From: Eledone cirrhosa
Taxonomy: Eukaryota
Length of the DNA: 64,000 nucleotides
Direction: 5' to 3'
Assembly: GCA_964016885.1 (NCBI GenBank)
Contig: OZ024744.1
Coordinates: forward strand, 128,836,001-128,900,000
The translations under genes were made by a program, and so were the position numbers. Positions 1 through 7,800 of this stretch are shown piece after piece (the first letter of the stretch is position 1; every line of letters starts with the position of its first letter). The notes below the pieces were generated by a model. That model worked only from the letters and a program-made list of their open reading frames with translations, was not told where the DNA came from and searched no databases.

Positions 1-1748
1 TAAGTTAAGTTGGGGTTAATTTAATTTGGGGTTAAGTTAAGTTAGGGTTAAGTTAAGTTGGGGTTGAGTTAAGTTGGGGTTAAGTTAAGTTGGGGTTATG
101 TTAAGTTGGGGTTAAGTTAAGTTGGGGTTAAGTTAAGTTGGGGTTCAATTAAGTTGCGGATAATTTAAGTTGGGGTTAAGTTAAGTTGGGGTTAAGTTAA
201 GTTGGGGTTAATTTAAGTTGGGGTTAAATTAAGTTGGGGTTAAATTAAGTTGGGGTTAAGTTAAGTTGGGGTTATGTTAAGTTGGTGTTAAGTTAAGTTG
301 GGGTTAAGTTAAGTTGGGGTTAAGTTAGGTTGGTGTTAATTTAAGTTGGGGGTAAGTTAAGTTGGGGTAAGTTAAGTTGGTGTTAAGTTAAGTTGGGGTT
401 AAGTTAAGTTGGGGTTAAGTTAAGTTGGGGTTCAATTAAGTTGCGGGTAATTTAAGTTGGGGTTAAGTTAAGTTGGGGGTAAGTTAAGTTGGGGTTAAGT
501 TAAGTTGGGGTTAAGTTAAGTCGGGGTTAATTTAAGTTGCGGTTAAGTTAAGTTGGGGTTAAGTTAAGTTGGGGTTAAGTTAAGTTGGGATTAAGTTAAG
601 TTGGGGTTAAGTTAAGTTGGGGTTGAGTTAAGTTGGGGTTAAGTTAGATTATTGTTAATTTATTTTGGGGTTAAGTTAAGTTGGGGTTAAGTTAAGTTGG
701 GGTTAATTTAAGTTGGGGTTAAGTTAAGTGGGGGTTAAGTTGAGTTGGGGTTAAGTTAAGTTGGGGTTAAGTTAAGTTGGGGTTAAGATAAGTTGGGGTT
801 AAGTTAAGTTGGGGTTGAGTTAAGTTCGGGTTGAGTTAATTTGGGGTTAACTTAAGTTGGGGTTAACTTAAGTTGGGGTTAAGTTAAGTTGGGTTTATGT
901 TAAGTTGGGGATAAGTTAAGTTGGGGTTAAGTTAAGTTGGGGTTCAATTAAGTTGCGGTTAATTTAAGTTGGGGTTAAGTTAAGTTGGGGTTAAGTTAAG
1001 TTGGGGTTAAGTTAAGTTGGGGTTAAATTAAGTAAGGGCTAAGTTAAGTTGAGGTTATGTTAAGTTGGTGTTAAGTTAAGTTGGGGTTAAGTTAAGTTGG
1101 GGTTAAGTTAAGTTGGGGTTTAAGTTAAGTTGGGGTTAAGTTAAGTTGGGGTTAATTTAATTTGGGGTTAAGTTAAGTTAGGGTTAAGTTAAGTTGGGGT
1201 TGAGTTAAGTTGGGGTTAAGTTAAGTTGGGGTTATGTTAAGTTGGGGATAAGTTAAGTTGGGGTTAAGTTAAGTTGGGGTTCAATTAAGTTGCGGTTAAT
1301 TTAAGTTGGGGTTAAGTTAAGTTCGGGTTAAGTTAAGTTGGGGTTAAGTTAAGTTGGGGTTAAATTAAGTTAGGGCTAAGTTAAGTTGAGGTTATGTTAA
1401 GTTGGTGTTAAGTTAAGTTGGGGTTAAGTTAAGTTGGGGTTAAGTTAAGTTGGGGTTAAGTTAAGTTGGGTTTAAGTTAAGTTGGGGCTAAGTTAAGTTG
1501 GGGTTAAGTTAAGTTGGGGTTAAGTTAAGTTGGGGTTAAGTTAGGTTGGTGTTAAGTTAAGTTGGGGGTAAGTTAAGTTGGGGGTAAGTTAAGTTGGTGT
1601 TAAGTTAAGTTGGGGTTAAGTTAAGTTGGGGCTAAGTTAAGTTGGGTTTAAGTTAAGTTGGGTCTAAGTTAAGTTGGGGTTAAGTTAAGTTGGGGTTAAC
1701 TTAAGTTGGGGGTAAGTTAAGTTGGGTTTGAGTTAAGTTGGGGTTAAG
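1..1748 (+). repeat. G-rich 16-bp tandem satellite (TTAAGTTAAGTTGGGG)n, block 1 (open at window start)
   Basis: Continuous head-to-tail 16-mers with scattered point variants; the consensus has no C on the + strand; the block ends at ...GGGGTTAAG|TTAGGTTTTTCGAAA. Confidence 0.98.
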
Positions 1749-4700
1749 TTAGGTTTTTCGAAAACCTTATATAATCAATTTTTTTTAGGTTTTTCGAAAA
1801 ATGTTATATAATCAATTTTTTTTAGGTTTTTCGAAAAACCTTATATAATCAATTTTTTTTTAGGTTTTTCGAAACACCTTATATAATCAATTTTTTTTAG
1901 GTTTTTCGAAAAACCTTATATAATTAATTTTTTTTAGGTTTTTCGAAAAACCTTATATAATCAATTTCTTTAGGTTTTTCGTAAAACCTTATATAATCAA
2001 TTTTTTTAGGTTTTTCGAAAAACCTTATATAATCAATTATTTTTAGGTTTTTCGAAATACCTTATATAATTAATTTTTTTTAGGTTTTTCGAAAAATCTT
2101 ATATAATTAATTTATATCTGATTTCAAATATTGATTTTTTTAGGTTTTTCGAAAACCTTATATAATCAATTTTTTTTAGGTTTTTCGAAAAAGAATGAAT
2201 TCATATTCGAAATATATACTTCTGCATTAATCTTTTTACGTTTTTCTGATTTTTTGCATGTTTTGAAATTTAAAAAAAACGTAAAAAATTAATGCTTTTA
2301 CAAATATTTTGAAATATTTACTTTCTGGTTTCAAATTTTGCAAATTAAATTTTTTTCTAAAAAAATCAGTTTTCGAAATCAGAAGTTAATATTTCGAAAA
2401 ACGCAATTTAAAAAACTCATATTAATTTTTTTTCGAATGAAGTTTTTTTATGCTTTTAGAAATATTTATATCTGATTTAAAATATTGATTTTTTTAGGTT
2501 TACCTTATATAATCAAACAAATTTTTTTAGGTTTTTCGAAATATCTTATATAATCAATTTTTTTTAGGTTTTTCGAAAAAGAATGAATTTGAGTTCATAG
2601 TCGAAATATATACTTCTGCATTAATCTTTGATTTTTTGCATGTTTTGAAATCTAAAAAAAACGTAAAAAATTAATGCTTTTACAAATATTTTGAAATATT
2701 TACTTTCTGGTTTCTAAGTTTGCAAATTAAATTTTTTTCAAAAAACCTAAAAAAAATCAGTTTTTGAAATCAGAAGTTAATATTTCGAAAAACGCAATTT
2801 GAAAAACTCATATTAATTTTTTTTCGAATGAAGTTTTTTATACTTTTAGAAATATTTATATCTGATTTCAAATATTGATTTTTTTAGGTTTTTCGAAAAA
2901 GAATGAATTTGAGTTCATAGTCGAAATATATATTTCTGCATTAATCTTTTTACGTTTTTCTGATTTTTTGCATGTTTTGAAATTTAAAAAAAACGTAAAA
3001 AATCAATATTTCGAAAAACGCAATTTGAAAAACTCATATTCATTTTTTTTCGAATGAATTCTTTCATACTTTTAGAAATATTTATATCTGATTTTAAATA
3101 TTGATTTTTTTAGGTTTACCTTATATAATCAAATTTTTTTAGGTTTTTCGAAAAAGAATGAATTTGAGTTCATAGTCGAAATATATACTTCTGCATTAAT
3201 CTTTTTACGTTTTTCTGATTTTTTGCATGTTTTGAAATTTAAAAAAAAACGTAAAAAATTAATGGTTTTACAAATATTTTGAAATATTTACTTTCTGGTT
3301 TCGAATTTTGCAAATTAAATTTTTTTCGAAAAAAACCTAAAAAAATCAGTTTTCGAAATCAGAAGTTAATATTTCGAAAAACGCAATTTGAAAAACTCAT
3401 ATTAATTTTTTTTCGAATGAAGTTTTTTTATGCTTTTAGAAATATTTATATCTGATTTCAAATATTGATTTTTTTTAGGTTTTTCGAAAAAGAATGAATT
3501 TGAGTTCATAGTCGAAATATATATTTCTGCATTGATCTTTGATTTTTTGCATGTTTTGAAATTTAAAAAAAAAGTAAAAAATTAATGCTTTTACAAATAT
3601 TTTGAAATATTTACTTTCTGGTTTCAAAGTTTGCAAATTAAATTTTTTTCGAAAAACCTAAAAAAATCAGTTTTCGAAATCAGAAGTTAATATTTCGAAA
3701 AACGCAATTTTAAAAACTCATATTAATTTTTTTTCGAATGAATTCTTTCATACTTTTAGAAATATTTATATCTGATTTCAAATATTGATTTTTTTTAGGT
3801 TTTTCGAAAAATCTTATATAATCAATTTTTTTTAGGTTTTTCGAAAAAGAATGAATTTGAGTTCATAGTCGAAATATATACTTCTGCATTAATCTTTGAT
3901 TTTTTGCATGTTTTGAAATTTAAAAAAAACGTAAAAAAACAATATTTCGAAAAACGCAATTTGAAAAACTCATATTAATTTTTTTTCGAATGAATTCTTT
4001 TATACTTTTAGAAATATTTATATCTGATTTTAAATATTGATTTTTTTAGGTTTACCTTATATAATCAAATTTTTTTAGGTTGTTCGAAAAATCTTATATA
4101 ATCAAATTTTTTTAGGTTTTTCGAAAAAGAATTTGAGTTCATAGTCGAAATATATACTTCTGCATTAATCTTTTTACGTTTTTCTGATTTTTTGCATGTT
4201 TTGAAATTTAAAAAAAACGTAAAAAATTAATGCTTTTACAAATATTTTGAAATATTTACTTTCTGGTTTCAAATTTTGTAAATTAAATTTTTTTCGAAAA
4301 ACCTAAAAAAATCAGTTTTCGAAATCAGAAGTTAATATTTCGAAAAACGCAATTTAAAAAACTCATATTAATTTTTTTTCGAATGAATTCTTTTAGAAAT
4401 ATTTATATCTGATTTCAAATATTGATTTTTTTAGGTTTACCTTATATAATCAAATATTTTTAGGTTTTTCAAAAACCTTATATAATCAATTTTTTTTAGG
4501 TTTTTCGAAAAACCTTACATAATCAATTTTTTTTAGGTTTTTTCGAAAAACCTTATATAATCAATTTTTTACGTTTTTAGAAAAACCTTATATAATCAAT
4601 TTTTTTTATACTTTTAGAAATATTTATATCTTATTTCAAATATTGATTTTTTTTAGATTTTTCGAAATACCTTATATAATCAATTTTTCTAGGTGTTTCG

Positions 4701-4828
4701 AAAAACCTTATATAATCAATTTTTTTTAGGTTTTTCGAAAGACCTTATATAATCAATTTTTTTTAGGTTTTTCGAAAAACCTTATATAATCAATTTTTTT
4801 AGGTTTTTCGACAACCTTATATAATCAA
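1749..4828 (+). repeat. AT-rich composite repeat island 1 (~3.08 kb): ~36-bp palindromic monomers flanking ~255-360-bp palindromic units
   Basis: About 10 copies of TTAGGTTTTTCGAAAAACCTTATATAATCAATTTTTT at 1749-2110. The long-unit marker (GAAT)GAATTTGAGTTCATAG recurs at about 2581, 2901, 3157, 3492, 3849 and 4129. The 36-mers return at about 4430-4828. The island ends CGACAACCTTATATAATCAA|GTTGAG. Confidence 0.95.
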
Positions 4829-7800
4829 GTTGAGTTGGGGTTAAGTTAATTGGGGTTAAATTAAGTTAGGGTTGAGTTAAGTTGGGGTTAAGTTAAGTTG
4901 GGGTTATATTAAGTTGGGGTTAAGTTAAGTTGAGGTTAAGTAAAGTTGGGGTTCAGTTAAGTTGGGGTTAAGTTAAGTTAGGCTTAACTTAAGTTGGGGT
5001 TAATTTAAGTTGGGGGTGAGTTAAGTTGGGGGTAAGTTAAGTTGGGGTTAAGTTAAGTTGGGGTTAAGTTGGGGTTAAGTTAATTTAGGGTTAAGTTAAG
5101 TTGGGGTTGAGTTAAGTTGGGGTTAAGTTAAGTGGTGGTTATGTTAAGTTGGGGTTAAGTTAAGTTGGGGTTAATTTAAATTGGGGTTAATTTAACTTTG
5201 TGGTTAAGTTAATTTGGGGTTAATTTAAGTTGGGGTTAAGTTAAGTTGGCATTGAGTTAAGCTGGGGTTAAGTTAAGTTGGGGTTAAAATAAGTTGGGGT
5301 TAAGTTAAGTTGGGGTTGAGTTAAGTTGGGGTTGAGTTAATTTGGGGTTAAGTTAAGTTGGGGTTAACTTAAGTTGGGTTTAATTTAAGTTGGGGTTAAG
5401 TTAAGTTGGGGTTATAATTAAGTTGGGGTTAAGTTAAGTTGGGGGTAAGATAAGTTGGGGTTAGTTAAGTTGCGGTTAAGTTAAGTTGGGGTTAAGTTAA
5501 GTTGGGGTTAAGTTAAGTTGGGGTTAAGTTAAGTTGGGGTTAATTTAAGTTGGGGTAAAGTTAAGTTGGGGGTAAGTTAAGTTGGGGTTAAGTTAAGTTG
5601 GGGTTAAGTTGGGGTTAAGTTAAGTTAGGGTTAACTTAAGTTGGGGTTGTGTTAAGTGGTGGTTATGTTAAGTGGTGGTTATGTTAAGTTGGGGTTAAGT
5701 TAAGTTGGGGTTAAGTTAAATTGGGGTTAAGTTAAGTTGCGGTTAAGTTAAGTTGGGGTTAAGTTAAGTTGGGGTTAAGTTAATTAGGGTTAAGTTAAGT
5801 TGGGGTTAAGTTAAGTTGGGGTTAAGTTAAGTTGGGGTTAAGTTAATTTGTGGTTAAGTTAAGTTGGGGTTAAGTTAAGTTGGGGTTAAGTTAAGTTGGG
5901 GATAAGTTAAGTTGAGGATAAGTTAAGTTGGGGTTAATTAAGTTGGGTTTAAGTTAAGTTGGGGTTAAGTTAAGTTGGGGTTAAGTTAAGTGGGGTTAAG
6001 TTAAGTTGGTTAGTTAAGTTGAGTTTAAGTTAAGTTGGGGTTAATTTAATTTGGGGTTAAGTTAAGTTGGGGTTAAGTTAATTTGGGGTTAAGTTAAGTT
6101 GGGGTTCAGTTAAGTTGGGGTTAAGTTAAGTTGGGGTTAAGTTGGGGTAAAATTAAGTTGGGGTTAAGTTAAGTTGCGGTTAAGTTAAAATGAGGTTAAG
6201 TTAAGTTGGGGTTAAGTTAAGTTGGGGTTAAGTTAAGTTGGGGCTAAGTTAAGTTGGGGCTAAGTTAAGTTGGGGCTAAGTTAAGTTGGGGTTAAGTTAA
6301 CTTTGGGTTAAGTTAAGTTGGGGTTAAGTTAAGTTGGGGTTAAGTTAAGGTGGGGTTAAGTTAAGTTGGGGTCAACTTAAGTTGGGGTTAAGTTAAGTTG
6401 GGGTTAACTTAAGTTGGGGTTAAGTTAAGTTGGGGTTAAGTTAAGTTGGGGTTAAGTTAAGTTGGGGTTACGTTAAGTTGGGGGTAAGTTAAGTTGGGGT
6501 TATGTTAAGTTGGGGTTACGTTAAGTTGGGTTTAAGTTAAGTTGGGGTTAAGTTAAGTTGGGGTTAAGTTAAGTTGGGGTTAATTTAAGTTGGGGTTAAG
6601 TTAAGTTGGGCTTAATTTAAGTTGGGGTTAAGTTAAGTTGGGGTTAAGTTAAGTTGGGGTTAAATTAAGTTGGGGTTAAGTTAAGTTGGGGTTAAGTTAA
6701 TTTGGGGTTAAGTTAAGTTAGGGTAAAGTTAAGTTGGGGTTGAGTTAAGTTGGGGTAAGTTAAGTAGGGGTTAAGTTAAGTTGGGGTTAAGTTAAGTTGG
6801 GGTTAAGTTAATTTAGGCTTAACTTAAGTTGGGGTTAAGTTAAGTTGGGGGTGAGTTAAGTTGGGGGTAAGTTAAGTTGGGGTTAAGTTAAGTTGGGGTT
6901 AAGTTGGGGTTAAGTTAAGTTAGGGTTAAGTTAATTTGGGGTTGAGTTAAGTTGGGGTTAAGTTAAGTGGTGGTTATGTTAAGTTGGGGTTAAGTTAAGT
7001 TGGGGTTAATTTAAATTGGGGTTAATTTAAATTTGTTGTTAAGTTAAGTTGGGGTTAATTTAAGTTGGGGTTAAGTTAAGTTGGGGTTGAGTTACGTTAT
7101 GGTTGAGTGAAGTTGGGGTTAAGTTAAGTTGGGGTTAAATTAAGTTGGGGTTAAGTTAAGTTGGGGTTGAGTTAAGTTGGGGTTAATTTAAGTTGGGGCT
7201 AAGTTAATTTGGGGTTAAGTTAAGTTGGGGTTAAATTAAGTTGGGGTTAAGTTAAGTTGGGGTTAAGTTAAGTTGGGGTTAAGTTAATTTGGGGTTAAGT
7301 GAAGTTAGGGTTAAGTTAAGTTGGGGCTGAGTTAAGTTGGGGGTAAGTTAAGTTGGGGTTATGTTAAGTTGGGGTTAAGTTAAGTTGGGGTTAAGTTAAG
7401 TTGGGGTTCAGTTAAGTTGCGGTTAAGTTAAGTTGGGGTTAAGTTAAGTTGGGGTTAAGTTAAGTTGGGGTTAATTTAAGTTGGGGTTAAGTTAAGTTGG
7501 GGTTAAGTTAAGTTGGGGTTAAATTCAGTCGGGGTTAAGTTAAGTCGGGGTTAAGTTACGTTGGGGTTAAGTTAAGTTGGGGTTAAGTTAAGTTGGGGTT
7601 GAGTTAAGTTGGGGTTAAGTTAAGTTGGGGTTAAGTTAAGTTGGGGTTAAGTTAAGTTGGGGTTAATTTAAGTTGGGGTTAATTTAAGTTGGGGTTAAGT
7701 TAAGTTGGGGTTAAGTTAAGTTGGGGTAACGTTAAGTTGGGGGTAAGTTAAGTTGGGGTTAAGTTAAGTTGGGGTTAAGTTGGGGTTAAGTTAAGTTAGG

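Noticed and set aside
1765-1800. TATA or -10 (TATAAT) promoter motifs and hairpin-plus-T-run terminators in the 36-mer
   Set aside because: These are by-products of an AT-rich palindromic repeat present in dozens of copies, with no associated gene.
1749-2110. CRISPR-like array of ~36-bp palindromic repeats
   Set aside because: Repeats abut directly with no unique spacers, and no leader or cas genes are present.
2875-3057. 60-aa ORF MIFLGFSKKNEF...
   Set aside because: It starts at TTG, is F/K/N/I-rich as expected from A/T homopolymers, and lies within a tandem repeat unit. It reaches 60 codons through a deletion variant of the unit and a TTAA->TTCA change; it is mostly deleted in island 2 and interrupted in islands 4-5. 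No recognisable domain.
1749-4828. Island as an autonomous transposon or telomeric retrotransposon (TRAS/SART, HeT-A, piggyBac into TTAA)
   Set aside because: No coding capacity, no terminal inverted repeats at the island ends, no poly(A) tail at the junction and no target-site duplication. Identical junctions indicate co-duplication with the flanks.
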